64,000 bases of DNA, from positions 19,696 to 83,695 of the forward strand of contig JBMNJG010000010.1 of NCBI GenBank assembly GCA_050951545.1, written 5' to 3'. This document shows positions 31,159 to 41,820 of the stretch, in pieces (the stretch's first letter is position 1; each line of letters opens with the position of its first letter). The DNA comes from Limnochordia bacterium. Lineage in GTDB: Bacteria > Bacillota > Limnochordia > DTU080. The translations under genes and the position numbers were made by a program. Below the pieces are notes generated by a model. The model had not been told where the DNA came from, did not search any database, and was given only the letters and a program-made list of their open reading frames with translations.

Positions 31159-31185
31159 GAAGGAAGTGACACCCTTGTGTTGAAT
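31159..31185 (+). promoter_or_regulatory. sigmaH-like promoter
   Basis: GAAGGAAGT-N11-GTTGAAT upstream of SBP 31407. Confidence 0.55.
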
Positions 31186-31406
31186 AGACTGGCCGACGCG
31201 TCACCTTAGCTTATTTACAGTGTTACCCCAATTGCCTTGTTGCGTCACCGATAACCAACGGTTTGGCAGGGTGGGTCAGCCACAGATATATCCCATAGGG
31301 GCAGCAGGGCATCGGTACCATTCCCATGGGGGTGATGGCCTGACAGTGTCGGATGTTTTCGCACTACGGGGAGAAGTGCAATACTACGCGAGGAGCGTGA
31401 TATGAG

Positions 31407-32648
31407 GTGCAGCGCCAGTCGATTGCCTTAGCTACTATAGTCCTGATTCTGGTCATGAGTCAGATGGTCATGGCCGAGACAATGGTCAACTTCGCTACAT
31501 GGGGCTCAACCGAGGCACAGAAAATCTGGGAAAGAGACATCGCTGATTTCGAGCGCCAGAACCCTGATGTCAAGGTCAATCTCATCCTGTCGGACTGGAA
31601 CACCTATATTCAGCGGTTGCCGTTGATTATCGCTGGTACGCTGGAGGCCGATGTCGTTCGCATCGGAGGTCAGCATCTTCCTACATTTGCCCATCGGGGT
31701 TTCCTTTTGCCTCTAGATCCGTATGTCGCGAGGGGACAGATCAACCGACGGGAGTTTCTCGCACCTGTACTGGAATCGGCTACATATGGAGGGCTACTGT
31801 ACGGTGTGCCAGATCACTTTTCCCCCTGGCTCTTGTATTACAACGTAGAGCTATTCAGACAGTTTGGACTGACCGATCCCGTTGCTTTGTATCGGGAGGG
31901 ACAGTGGACGTGGGAGACATTCGAGGCCATCGGCCGAAAACTGAGGATAGACCGCTCGGGTGCTGGTACCCCAACGCAATGGGGAATTCCTAGTTCTTTC
32001 GCACCCAACAGCCCCTACACACGTCAGGCTATGAAGCTAGCCAATGGGGGTCGCGTCTACAACCCTGAGCTGACGAAGTACTACCTGGATGAAGTTCCAA
32101 GTGTCGCGGCTTTGCAGTGGCTGGCCGACCTACGCGAGCTCAGGGGGGGTGGCTGGGAAGCGGGCAACTTGGGTATGACCACGGGGTGGCCATCCGCACA
32201 GGTAGGCTGGGCTAGGACGATAAGGTTTGAGTTCGGTGCTGCTCCTTTACCCCGACCGAAGGCAGGTACCCACGCCACGGTTATGACCACGAACATCCTC
32301 TCAGTCGTGAAAGCGGCTAATAATCCAGACGCGGCCGTCAGGTACATCAACTACATTTGTGGTCCCGAGGCGCAACGAAAGCGCATCAATGATAACTATG
32401 TGGTATCAGCGCGCACTGATGTGGCAGCTGAGTCACTTCGCGAGGGGCGGATGGCAGCGGTAAACAACCATGTGATCATGGATATCACAGCTCACACGAA
32501 ACCATGGGCAGTGCCTATCGGACACTACGATGAGGTGCCCAATCTAGTCAGCCGCGAGTTGAACGCGCTGTCCAGAGGCGACGAAGCCGCCGCCAGTGCT
32601 GCCAAGAGAATAGCCCAAATGGTAAACGCCATCCTTTCGGGCAAATAA
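31407..32648 (+). CDS. Sugar ABC transporter substrate-binding protein
   Basis: Signal peptide, FATWGS, FERQNPDVKV, LYGVP, LYYNVELF..GL.DP, WTWETF. Confidence 0.85.
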   Translation: MQRQSIALATIVLILVMSQMVMAETMVNFATWGSTEAQKIWERDIADFERQNPDVKVNLILSDWNTYIQRLPLIIAGTLEADVVRIGGQHLPTFAHRGFLLPLDPYVARGQINRREFLAPVLESATYGGLLYGVPDHFSPWLLYYNVELFRQFGLTDPVALYREGQWTWETFEAIGRKLRIDRSGAGTPTQWGIPSSFAPNSPYTRQAMKLANGGRVYNPELTKYYLDEVPSVAALQWLADLRELRGGGWEAGNLGMTTGWPSAQVGWARTIRFEFGAAPLPRPKAGTHATVMTTNILSVVKAANNPDAAVRYINYICGPEAQRKRINDNYVVSARTDVAAESLREGRMAAVNNHVIMDITAHTKPWAVPIGHYDEVPNLVSRELNALSRGDEAAASAAKRIAQMVNAILSGK

Positions 32649-32705
32649 CCGGACTTGGGATTCGGGAAAGGTGGGCTGGCAGAACGTAGGGTAGAGCTCG
32701 GTAAC

Positions 32706-32741
32706 AGGAAAGGGGCCGTGTCCTACTACGGCCCCTTTCCT
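32706..32741. terminator. Hairpin terminator between convergent genes
   Basis: AGGAAAGGGGCCGT...ACGGCCCCTTTCCT 14-bp perfect stem. Confidence 0.75.
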
Positions 32742-32818
32742 ACGCTTAACCTCTCACAAGTGGCGTCAGCGAAATGGTCTTGTGTGAGCTGTCCCCAGGT
32801 GGCAAAAGAAGCGATCTG

Positions 32819-33808
32819 CTAGGCGTCCCAAACGATATTCTCAGGAGATCCCGTCTCTGCCGAACGCCAGATCGCCTCTGTGAGCAGGGCCACTCTCAAG
32901 GCATCCTCCGGAGGCGATTTCACCGTATCTTTCCCTAAGATAGCAGCGATGAAGTTGCGATCGGGATTGCCCGGATCTGCCTGAGTAGGCGGGGTCAGCT
33001 CTTCCTTCTGGTTGCGCAGTTTGGCTTTGACCTGCCCATTGCGGTAGTAGATCACACCGTTTTCAGCCCAGAAGGTCATATCATCGCACCACTCAGCCGA
33101 GTTGCCGAGTACCGCGATATTTAACAGGGCTCCATTGGTGCACCGGGCGCTCAGAGCTGTGTTGATATCCACTCGAGCACCAAAGTTCTCGATAGAGGCG
33201 TACACCGTCTCTGGCTCTACGCCAGTCGCCCACAGGATGATATCGAGCAGATGGCTACCCGAGTCGTTAAGTTGACCCCCACCCGATAGTGCCGGATCTT
33301 GCCGCCACTTGCCCTGTGTTCGATTCAGCCAGTCTTGCCCGAGCAGAGCTGATACATACTGTATTTCACCCATTTGGCCGTTGGTCAGCAGGTCTCGTAT
33401 GAAGCGGAAGTTGTCTTGATAGCGGCGCTGATAGGAGACCAATACCACTTTGCCGGCTTTGCGTCTGGTTTCGATAACCGTTCGGGCGTGCTCGCTTGTG
33501 CACACCATGGGCTTCTCCGTCAGCACGTGAAGCCCGCGGTCCAAGGAGTTCATGATGTGTTCGAAATGCAGTGTATGGGGAGTCAGCACCTGCACTGCAT
33601 CCAAAGCGACGGTACCTAGCATCTCTCGATAGTCTGCGAACTTGGGCAGGTCTGGTAACTCGGGTACTCTCTCTCTTAACCAGCCAAACGCTTTCGGGTC
33701 AATATCACACAACGCGACGAGTTGTGCCTCGGGTGTGTTGAGAAGACGACGGGCATGCCCAGCGGCGATGTTGCCGCAGCCGATCAGACCTACGCGAACC
33801 TTACTCAT
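32819..33808 (-). CDS. Gfo/Idh/MocA-family oxidoreductase (copy 2, near-identical to 16066..17055)
   Basis: 329 aa from ATG 33808; about 8 residue differences from copy 1. Confidence 0.9.
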   Translation of the reverse strand: MSKVRVGLIGCGNIAAGHARRLLNTPEAQLVALCDIDPKAFGWLRERVPELPDLPKFADYREMLGTVALDAVQVLTPHTLHFEHIMNSLDRGLHVLTEKPMVCTSEHARTVIETRRKAGKVVLVSYQRRYQDNFRFIRDLLTNGQMGEIQYVSALLGQDWLNRTQGKWRQDPALSGGGQLNDSGSHLLDIILWATGVEPETVYASIENFGARVDINTALSARCTNGALLNIAVLGNSAEWCDDMTFWAENGVIYYRNGQVKAKLRNQKEELTPPTQADPGNPDRNFIAAILGKDTVKSPPEDALRVALLTEAIWRSAETGSPENIVWDA

Positions 33809-33868
33809 GATAGCGACCTCCGTATTAATAGTGGATGAACTGCATCGTCGATTACACTTGCTCGTAGA

Positions 33869-33895
33869 GTTCAACTAGTGGCAACGGTTTCCTGC
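33869..33895 (-). promoter_or_regulatory. sigmaH-like promoter
   Basis: Minus strand GCAGGAAAC-N11-GTTGAAC. Confidence 0.5.
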
Positions 33896-34101
33896 CTACA
33901 CTTAGCGCACGCGACGAAATAAGTTACTGCTCCGGCCCATATGGACCGGAGCAAAGCCAGCGCAAAGCCACGCAAGCTGCACATTGCTCGATTTGCTATC
34001 CGTTGATTATCGTCATGTCACATGGTATGGTCAATTATGTCTAGGTGTACGCGAATTGTCACAAAAGCAGTTTGCCCAACTCGAGTCTACGGAGGTAGAT
34101 C

Positions 34102-35448
34102 ATGGCCCTTCTTCAGGCTGGCGTTGCAGAAGTAGACATCACACCCCCATTGGGAACGACCTTGGCGGGATCGTTTACGAACCGACCAGCGCATGATGTA
34201 GATGATTTTCTGCGGGCCAAGGCACTAGTGATGGATGATGGCACTGTGCAGGTGGCCTTGGTGGTGCTCGATCTCGTTGGTCTGACGCGTCCCGACGTGC
34301 AAGCGGTACGCGAGTTGGTGAATGAGACAACTGGCATTCCACCTGCGCACGTGCTCATCGGATGCACCCACACGCATACAGGACCCGCCATGTTTCGTGT
34401 AAACGAAGTGGAACCGGACACAGCCTACTCCCAGTGGCTCGTGGTACGAGTGGCAGATAGCGTAAGCCTCGCCATGCGGAGGCTGCGTCCCGCTCGTATC
34501 GCCTGGGGTCGTGGAGAAGCGCACGGAATCAGCTTTTCCCGACGCTATCGGATGCGCAATGGTCATGTACAGATGAACCCAGGGCGGGGAAATCCAAACA
34601 TTGTGGAGCCGACCAGCCCAATAGATCCTGCCGTCGGCGTGCTACTTGTGGAAACATGCGATGGGCAGCTAATGTCGGTGGTCGCTCAGTTTAGCCTCCA
34701 TTATGTCGGCACCAACGATGGGCGGGCCATATCCGCTGACTACTACGGGCACTTCGACCGCTTCTTGCGCCGCACTTTCGGACCCAGCTGCATACCGATG
34801 CTCTTCAACGGCACATCGGGCCAGATCAATAACGTGAATGTCTTTGACCTGCATCAGGAGTCCGGGCACAAGCAAGCCAAGCGCGTGGCTGGCATTCTCG
34901 GCGGCGAGGTACTCAAGGTACTCGGTCGCATGACGCCTCAAACTGATATCCGCTTGCTCGCAGCTAGCCAACCGATAACGCTCCCCCGCAAAAAGCTGAC
35001 ACCAGAGGACCTAACCACCGCACGAGCCATACTGGCTGGTCAAGACCCAGACCCGCAGAGTGGCCCGTTCAGTTGGGTGGTAGGACAGCCCGTCCCCGCC
35101 GCACTTCGGCCAATGTATGCTTACGAATGCCTGCTGCTAAACGACCTTCCAGACCAGATATCCACTGAGGTGCAGGCCATTCGCATCGGCGAATCAGCGT
35201 GGGTAGGCCTTCCCGGGGAGATCTTCACTGAGATAGGCTTGGCCATCAAGCAGGCCGCGCCCTATCCGCACACCTTCGTGATCGGTCTAGCCAATGACTG
35301 CCTTGCTTATATCCCCACCGACAAAGCCTTAGAGGAGGAGGGCGGTTACGAAACCTGGGCGGCAGCCTGGAACCCAGTGGGTGTAGGTGCAGAGGGGATC
35401 TTGGTTGACACGGCAACGGCTTTGCTGCAGAACCTGTTTGCTGACTAA
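34102..35448 (+). CDS. Neutral/alkaline ceramidase-like amidohydrolase
   Basis: AGVAEVDITPP, L.AKALV, CTHTHTGP, ISADYYG, LPGEIF, GLAND..AYIP, GGYE. Confidence 0.75.
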   Translation: MALLQAGVAEVDITPPLGTTLAGSFTNRPAHDVDDFLRAKALVMDDGTVQVALVVLDLVGLTRPDVQAVRELVNETTGIPPAHVLIGCTHTHTGPAMFRVNEVEPDTAYSQWLVVRVADSVSLAMRRLRPARIAWGRGEAHGISFSRRYRMRNGHVQMNPGRGNPNIVEPTSPIDPAVGVLLVETCDGQLMSVVAQFSLHYVGTNDGRAISADYYGHFDRFLRRTFGPSCIPMLFNGTSGQINNVNVFDLHQESGHKQAKRVAGILGGEVLKVLGRMTPQTDIRLLAASQPITLPRKKLTPEDLTTARAILAGQDPDPQSGPFSWVVGQPVPAALRPMYAYECLLLNDLPDQISTEVQAIRIGESAWVGLPGEIFTEIGLAIKQAAPYPHTFVIGLANDCLAYIPTDKALEEEGGYETWAAAWNPVGVGAEGILVDTATALLQNLFAD

Positions 35449-35523
35449 CATCTGGGAGCGACAAAGGCAGACGACATGAGGCGTTGCCACACTGACACAG
35501 TTCAACACCCGCGCCTTCGACGC

Positions 35524-36813
35524 TCACTGGCCTCCAGCGCGAGACCACATTTCATCTAGGCTGGCCTGGTAGCGCCGATTGACGTGCTCTATGACGTCAG
35601 TTAGGTCACTCTTGCCCCACAGGCCCTGAAGGAACACGTTGCGTTCTGCCTGGATGACACCCTGTAGTCCCATAGGAGCCCCCACGCCACAATGCTGCAG
35701 TACCTGGTACCAGTCCCTCATGTAGGGTACCGCCTGGGCAAAGGTGTCGGCGACGTCATACCTGCTCGGAAGGCTTTGAGTGTAGACATGATACAACACT
35801 GTATTCTGCGGCTCCATCAGCCATTGGATGAGCTCCCAGGCAGCAGCGGGATCACGTGACGATTGCGTCATACCGATGAGCTTGTAGTAAGCAGGAGCCT
35901 TTGGTTCGGTACCTGGGGAGCGCGTAGGAGCAAAGACTCCGATCTCAGTACCGGGGCTCCGTTTCCGAGTTTCGAGGCTTAGCGCGGGTGACCAGAAGGC
36001 CATGGCTGTCACCCCATCGGCTAAGCGCATGGGGCTACCACTTGGCGGCGTCGTCACCCCCGAAAGCTCGGCCTGTACACGGGGATAGGCCGCTTGATAG
36101 AGGCGGCTGAGGTACTCGAAGGTTTCCATCGCCCGATCTGTATTCAGCCGCGCCGTGCGCCGATCCGACGAGAGCCCAGTCTCACCGTTTAGCTGCAGAA
36201 AGGTAGCCAGGATCTCGGGATGCCACCACATGGTGTCAAAGCCTTGCCGTATCGTGCGGCCGCTAAGCTTCAGCGTGAGCTTCTGGGCTATGCTCTCTAG
36301 CTCGTCCCACCCCCGGGGCGCTGCTTCGGGGTCTAGCCCAGCGCTGCTGAACGCGTTCTTGCTGTAACCAATGCCAAAAGGCGCAATCTCGATGGGCAAC
36401 GTGTACTGACTGAGCAACACTGGCCTCCCCTCAGAGAGGGTGCTGATTGGCTGAACGAAATAAGGAAAGAAACTGTTGCGACCAGACCACCGATTGAGAT
36501 AGGGGGTGAGCTCAACCAGGGCATTTGCGCCCGCCAGAGTGAACATGGTGCCGTTCCAAGTGACAAGGACGTCTGGTCCCCCACCGACCAATACTCTAGC
36601 CAGATCATCCTGGTTCATCTGCACGCTCTTGTGTGTGACAGCAATACGAGTTTCTCTTTCGAACCTAGGTAACAGCTCCTTGACCAGCATGGCGGTGATC
36701 CCATCACCATGGCTAGTGGTCCAGAACTCGATCTGCCGCGCCAAACTGCCGGGAGTAAGCATCAAGAACACAAGCATACAACCAAGACAACGCCGAACAG
36801 AACCAGCTGACAT
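35524..36813 (-). CDS. ABC transporter substrate-binding protein
   Basis: Signal peptide, IEFWT, PRFERET, GGGPDV, AGLDPEAAPRGWDEL, AAWELIQWL. Confidence 0.8.
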   Translation of the reverse strand: MSAGSVRRCLGCMLVFLMLTPGSLARQIEFWTTSHGDGITAMLVKELLPRFERETRIAVTHKSVQMNQDDLARVLVGGGPDVLVTWNGTMFTLAGANALVELTPYLNRWSGRNSFFPYFVQPISTLSEGRPVLLSQYTLPIEIAPFGIGYSKNAFSSAGLDPEAAPRGWDELESIAQKLTLKLSGRTIRQGFDTMWWHPEILATFLQLNGETGLSSDRRTARLNTDRAMETFEYLSRLYQAAYPRVQAELSGVTTPPSGSPMRLADGVTAMAFWSPALSLETRKRSPGTEIGVFAPTRSPGTEPKAPAYYKLIGMTQSSRDPAAAWELIQWLMEPQNTVLYHVYTQSLPSRYDVADTFAQAVPYMRDWYQVLQHCGVGAPMGLQGVIQAERNVFLQGLWGKSDLTDVIEHVNRRYQASLDEMWSRAGGQ

Positions 36814-36883
36814 GAAATGTCCCTCTCCCTTCTTCCGGGCGTCCCTACGCCACGGACACGTGATCAAATGCACCGCTCCACCA

Positions 36884-38458
36884 CTAACGCTCCAAGAGAA
36901 AGGCGCCCGCAGAAGCAGGATCCTGTACGGGTGGCAATACCCCCCTACTGACAGCCCTCCGCATGATGTACGCTCCCATCCCGGTACTCATGAGGTCTGC
37001 CTGGAATCGTAGCTGTTCGTTCAGATGCCGGGGTACGTGTCTCTCAAGGACCCTAAGTATGTCATCTCTGGCGGCTACCAGTTCTCGGGAATGCCCCTCG
37101 AGGATGTCTGTCATCACCTGACGCAGCCCATCGTAGTGGGGTCTCTGCATGTAGAGGATGTTCAAGCAGCACTTTTTGCCCTCCCGTCTTAGCCATCGCC
37201 TCTGAATGAGTTCAGCGACTGGCTCCTGCATCACCTCTGGTACGCCAGCTGAGCCCAGCTCACCCTTTGCCACCTGGTATAGCGCTTCTACGTCGATCTT
37301 CCTGGGCTGTGGCCTCGCGTACTCGAAGACGCCGTGCAACGAATACATGGTCAGTAATGCTTTCCCATCGTGGGCACCGCGCATGTACTGCGATACGCGA
37401 CATACCTGCATGTCACGCTGTTCCCATCCATATACGAACCACCGACCTCCATCTCGTCTAGGAGGAGGTACCAGTGCCCGGTGTGAGCCCGCGGCCGTCT
37501 CCCGGAAAGCAAACGGCAACAGAGTCCATAATTGCTCGCTGAAGCTCTTGCCTGCGAAATCATAGCCAATACCTTGTATTTCGCCCCTAGCCGCAAGCAC
37601 ACTCGCCACGAACGGTTCAGCGATCTGCTCAGCGACGTTGCTCATCACGTCGTGCACCGCCTTGAAGCCCTCGTGGCGTAGAATCAGAAAATCGGTCAGG
37701 TATCGATTGCCTACCTTACGCATGAGCTCATGGTCCACAAGAGCCCGGAGCTCCTCCTCGACATAGAAGGCCGGGATACCTGTCTTGCGTCCGATCTCCT
37801 CAACGGTCGCCGCTCCTTCATAGGCTGCGGCCGCGACATTCTGTGCTATGGCCCTGCTCACAAAGGAAGTGGGCCATGGGCCAATCCTGGGATAGTCACC
37901 TTCCCCAGCCATGGAAACCATTAATCTCAGCGGTCTCACCAGGCCGTGAAATGCCTGCTCCATCCCCTGCATCTCCTCTCGCACCCTCCGCCGCGCCTCA
38001 AAAAGTCTCCATTTCACAGTACCCGGAGCCAGACCAATCCTGTCGGCAATTTGCTTTACACTAAGACCTTCGTAATAGTGCATGATGATCATCTGTCGCC
38101 ACTGCAGCGATAGTAGCGCCACAGATTGTGCCACCTGTCGCCTCTCCTCCTCTACCATGAGGCTCTGTATAGCGCCATCGTCGCCGAGCACTTCGGCATC
38201 TGCCAAACTGATGTTGTAGTACCTGTCCTGTCGTACCTTGTAGAGCCATCTCTTGTAAACATTGCTGGCCAAGCCCCACAACCAAGCGTGAAAGGTCTCT
38301 TCGTTGCGCAAACTAGGCAGTGACTCGACGGCCTCAAGCATAATCAGTTGAGCGAGTTCCTCGGCTTCCATGCGATTTCCAGTGCGTCTAAGGGCCCAGG
38401 CGAAAACCTTGTCGACATAGGCCGACAGGGCATGCGTCCTCATGAGAGTTCTCCCCAT
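36884..38458 (-). CDS. ECF sigma factor with ~350-aa C-terminal extension
   Basis: Region 2 (EAEELAQ...FHAWLWGLASN), region 4 (HYYEGLSVKQIADRIGLAPGTVKWRLFEARRR), then a long extension containing a second HTH (TVEEIGRKTGIPAFYVEEEL..L). Confidence 0.8.
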   Translation of the reverse strand: MGRTLMRTHALSAYVDKVFAWALRRTGNRMEAEELAQLIMLEAVESLPSLRNEETFHAWLWGLASNVYKRWLYKVRQDRYYNISLADAEVLGDDGAIQSLMVEEERRQVAQSVALLSLQWRQMIIMHYYEGLSVKQIADRIGLAPGTVKWRLFEARRRVREEMQGMEQAFHGLVRPLRLMVSMAGEGDYPRIGPWPTSFVSRAIAQNVAAAAYEGAATVEEIGRKTGIPAFYVEEELRALVDHELMRKVGNRYLTDFLILRHEGFKAVHDVMSNVAEQIAEPFVASVLAARGEIQGIGYDFAGKSFSEQLWTLLPFAFRETAAGSHRALVPPPRRDGGRWFVYGWEQRDMQVCRVSQYMRGAHDGKALLTMYSLHGVFEYARPQPRKIDVEALYQVAKGELGSAGVPEVMQEPVAELIQRRWLRREGKKCCLNILYMQRPHYDGLRQVMTDILEGHSRELVAARDDILRVLERHVPRHLNEQLRFQADLMSTGMGAYIMRRAVSRGVLPPVQDPASAGAFLLER

Positions 38459-38714
38459 TCCCGATCGGCAGACCTACGCGCCCCTCATCTATATAGTGCA
38501 GTTCAGACAGCATCGGTTGGCTAAATGGCAAAACTCTTGCCTGGGTTGCAGACTTTGCCTATCATTCTCCTCCCCCCTGCCCCTATTGTGTTACGTTGAG
38601 GTCAGAGGTGTCGCCTTCCCATGCACACTCCTTACTGAGTTGGTGCTGACCCGGGAGTGGTCCCAGGCAGGACGCCAGCTATAGGGACACTGTAGTACGC
38701 ATCCCTGTTATAGT

Positions 38715-39443
38715 ATGGGCAGGGCAAGGGGGCGGCGCGAATTGGAGTCAAGGTACCATGTGATGATAGTAGAAGATGATGTGAAAATAGCTGGCATCTT
38801 GCACGGTGAGCTACAGCGGTACGGCCTTGCCACCACCGTAGCGAGCGATTACGCTCACCTGAAAGAGGAAGTCCTAGCAGTGAAACCCGACCTGATACTC
38901 CTCGATGTCAATCTGCCGTTTTACGATGGCTACTACTGGTGTCGGCAGGTGCGTACTGTGTCGAAGGTACCTATCATATTCATATCAGCGCGCTCAGGAG
39001 AAGTCGATCAAGTGCGGGGTTTGGAGGCCGGTGGGGATGACTACATCCCCAAACCGTTCAGTCTGGAGCTAGTGATGGCCAAGGTACAAAGCACCTTGCG
39101 TCGAGTGTATGGTGAGTACGCAGGTGACGCAACGAGCGACGTGATACAGGTCGGTGACCTTCAGCTAAATCGGCTCACCAACTGCGTATCAACCCGTGTT
39201 GGTTGTCGTGAGGTGTCACCAAAGGAGTTTCGACTGCTATGGGCTCTGGCTCAGCGACCGGGCGAAATAGTCAGCCGCGAGGAACTGCTCGAAGCCCTCT
39301 GGGATGAGGTGGATTTTGTCGATGACAACACGCTGACCGTCAATGTCAGTCGGGTCCGTCGTCAGCTTGAGGAAGTGGGCCTTGCAGGGGTGATAGAAAC
39401 CAAACGGGGACAGGGGTACATGCTCCGCCTGAAAGGAAGCTGA
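38715..39443 (+). CDS. OmpR-family response regulator, BceR/GraR-like
   Basis: IVEDD, LLDVNLPFYDGYYWC, FISAR, DDYIPKPF, FVDDNTLTVNV.R.R, TKRGQGY. Confidence 0.9.
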   Translation: MGRARGRRELESRYHVMIVEDDVKIAGILHGELQRYGLATTVASDYAHLKEEVLAVKPDLILLDVNLPFYDGYYWCRQVRTVSKVPIIFISARSGEVDQVRGLEAGGDDYIPKPFSLELVMAKVQSTLRRVYGEYAGDATSDVIQVGDLQLNRLTNCVSTRVGCREVSPKEFRLLWALAQRPGEIVSREELLEALWDEVDFVDDNTLTVNVSRVRRQLEEVGLAGVIETKRGQGYMLRLKGS

Positions 39444-39450
39444 TGCTACC

Positions 39451-40554
39451 GTGTCTTGGCGCACCTATCTTCGCGATCATCTGCCCTTTGTCGCTCTGTT
39501 CGTTGGCTTTGCCCTCGTGACGGTGGCCGTGGTCGAATTGGACTTGCGCCTATCGCAGGGCACACTGCAGTGGGTTAACGCCTTATATATCCTGCTCTTC
39601 GCCCTGGTAGCCTTGAGCGGGGCCCTGCTTACTGATTACTACAGGCAGAAGCCCTTTTTGGTTCAGTTGGGCCAAGTGACTGGCAGTGAGCCCCTGGATC
39701 AGTTGGGCCTACTGGCACCAGCGCATACAGCCGCGCAAGCTCTTGTGAGCGCCGCCTGGGAGCGTCTTTACGGCCGCCTAAGGGCAGAGCTGGTGCAGGA
39801 GAGGACTCGTAGTCGCCACCAGATCGATATCCTAAGCCAGTGGGCACACCACATGAAAACACCAGTCTCCGTGATAGACCTGGAGCTACAGAAAGCCCAT
39901 CAGGAGAGCTACCCACCTGAGGTGCAGGCGGTGATGGATAGCATAAGAGAGGAAAACCAGCGGCTCAACAACTCGTTACAGGCACTACTGAACATGGTGC
40001 GGTTGGAGGACTTCGCCACCGATTTGCGCATAGAGCGAGTTGATCTAGATCAGCTAGTGCGCTCGTTGGTCAACGCGCATAAGCGCGAGTTCATCACCCG
40101 TCGAGTCTATCCGCAAGTGGAAGTAGGTCAGGGAGCAGGCACTGTCGTAGAGACTGATGCCAAGTGGCTTCGATTTGTGTTACAGCAGGTGCTGAGTAAC
40201 GCCCTCAAGTACGCTGCGCCAGCGCCAGCTACCGGGCAAATCTGCTTTCGCCTCTACCAAGAACGAGGGGAGACCCTCTTGAGCGTGGAAGACAACGGAC
40301 CTGGTATACCCCCTGAGGATTTGCCGCGTGTGTGTCAGCCCTTCTTCACTGGGCAAAACGGGCGCCTTCATCCGGCTGCCACAGGCATGGGACTCTACTT
40401 TGCCGCCGAGGTTTGCAGACGCCTGGACCACCGACTGGTAGTAGAGTCGCTTGTGGGCCAAGGGACCACGGTACGCATTGGTTTTCCCGCTGGGCGCACT
40501 ATTTTTTCCGATTTAGAAGAGCAGGCCCGTGAGATGCCGCTACCTCCAACATGA
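39451..40554 (+). CDS. Intramembrane-sensing histidine kinase, BceS-like
   Basis: Two adjacent TM helices, QWAHHMKTPVSVI, TDAKWL.F..QVLSNALKY, DNGPGI, FFTG.NGR, TGMGLY. Confidence 0.9.
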   Translation: MSWRTYLRDHLPFVALFVGFALVTVAVVELDLRLSQGTLQWVNALYILLFALVALSGALLTDYYRQKPFLVQLGQVTGSEPLDQLGLLAPAHTAAQALVSAAWERLYGRLRAELVQERTRSRHQIDILSQWAHHMKTPVSVIDLELQKAHQESYPPEVQAVMDSIREENQRLNNSLQALLNMVRLEDFATDLRIERVDLDQLVRSLVNAHKREFITRRVYPQVEVGQGAGTVVETDAKWLRFVLQQVLSNALKYAAPAPATGQICFRLYQERGETLLSVEDNGPGIPPEDLPRVCQPFFTGQNGRLHPAATGMGLYFAAEVCRRLDHRLVVESLVGQGTTVRIGFPAGRTIFSDLEEQAREMPLPPT

Positions 40555-40565
40555 CAGAAATGAAA
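40552..40565 (+). promoter_or_regulatory. BceR-type binding site (copy 1, separated from the transporter)
   Basis: TGACA-GAAA-TGAAA, one mismatch to TNACA-N4-TGTAA, overlapping the kinase stop codon. Confidence 0.45.
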
Positions 40566-40605
40566 GGTTGCTGCAAGTCAGATCGATGGGGCCACGCAAA
40601 AAAAT

Positions 40606-41707
40606 GCGGTAATCTCCCTGCGTTCGCTGGGGTTGGTGGTAAGAACCTAGCGATGCGGTCTTCGCGAAGCCCTTTTTGCTCATTTTGATCGCCCGAAGGG
40701 CTCTTTTCCCCGCCTAAGGGCACACTTTCCCGCCTTGATTTCGCTTCTGGGGTTACCGGGCAGCACATAACCGAACGGTAGTGACTGCCTTTTCCCACTC
40801 AGACGATTGGGTCAGCTCTCCAGTGCGCGATCACAGCGGGCTCGCTCGGATCCCTCTGCGGACCAACCCTTCGGTGTTAACCCGGTCGGTGTGTTTCGAA
40901 AAGGGTGGACGGACACCATGCACCATGCACACGCTCGCGAGACTGGCTCGGTAGTCGGACAGATGCACCCGGATTGGTACGTGAGTCGGGGCCAAGAATC
41001 CGACCATGATGGCAAAAGAGCCGCCCCATTAACCCCCGGGCCCAATGTACGTGGTAAAAGTGCAGCGATGCGGCCTTCGCGAAGCCCTTTTTGCTCATTT
41101 TGATCGCCCGAAGGGCTCATTTCCCCGCCCAAGAGCACGCTTTCTCGTCTCAGCGGCCCTTCTGGAGCTACTGGGCAGCACATAACCGAACGGTAGTGAC
41201 TGCCTTTTCCCACTCAGACGATTGGATCCGCTCTCCAGTGCGCGATCACAGCGGGCTCGCTCGGATCCCTCTGCGGACCAACCCTTCGGTGTTGCCCCGG
41301 TCGGTGCATTTCGAAAAAGGTGGGCAGACACCATGCACACGCTCGCGAGACTGGCTCGGTAGTCGGACAGATGCACCCGGATTGGTACGTGAGTCGGGGC
41401 CAAGAATCCGACCGCGATGGCAAAAGAGCCGCCCCATTAACCCCCGGAGCCAGTGTGCGTGGTAAAAGTGCAGCGATGCGGTCTTCGCGAAGCCCTTTTT
41501 GCTCATTTTGATCGCCCGAAGGGCTCATTTCCCCGCCCAAGAGCACGCTTTCTCGTCTCAGCGGCCCTTCTGGAGCTACCGGGCAGCACATAACCGAACG
41601 GTAGTGACTGCCTTTTCCCACTCAGACGATTGGATCCGCTCTCCAGTGCGCGATCACAGCGGGCTCGCTCGGATCCCTCTGCGGACCAACCCTTCGGTGT
41701 TGCCCCG
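40606..41707. repeat. Tandem array 2 of ~408-bp units, left part (leader, units at 40650, 41065, 41473)
   Basis: Same unit and 44-bp leader as array 1; periods 415 (extra CACCATG) and 408; the third unit is cut by IS21. Confidence 0.95.
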
Positions 41708-41820
41708 TGTTTTTGATAGCCTCAAGTAGGGCCAAATGATCATCGAGAATGAGGCCACCAAAATTATCCAATTCCCTGTATGCTTGAGTTGCGAAACAGA
41801 GCATACGGGGGGAAACTGGA

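Noticed and set aside
33928-33953. Hairpin TGCTCCGG..CCGGAGCA between divergent genes
   Set aside because: Single occurrence with no assignable role.
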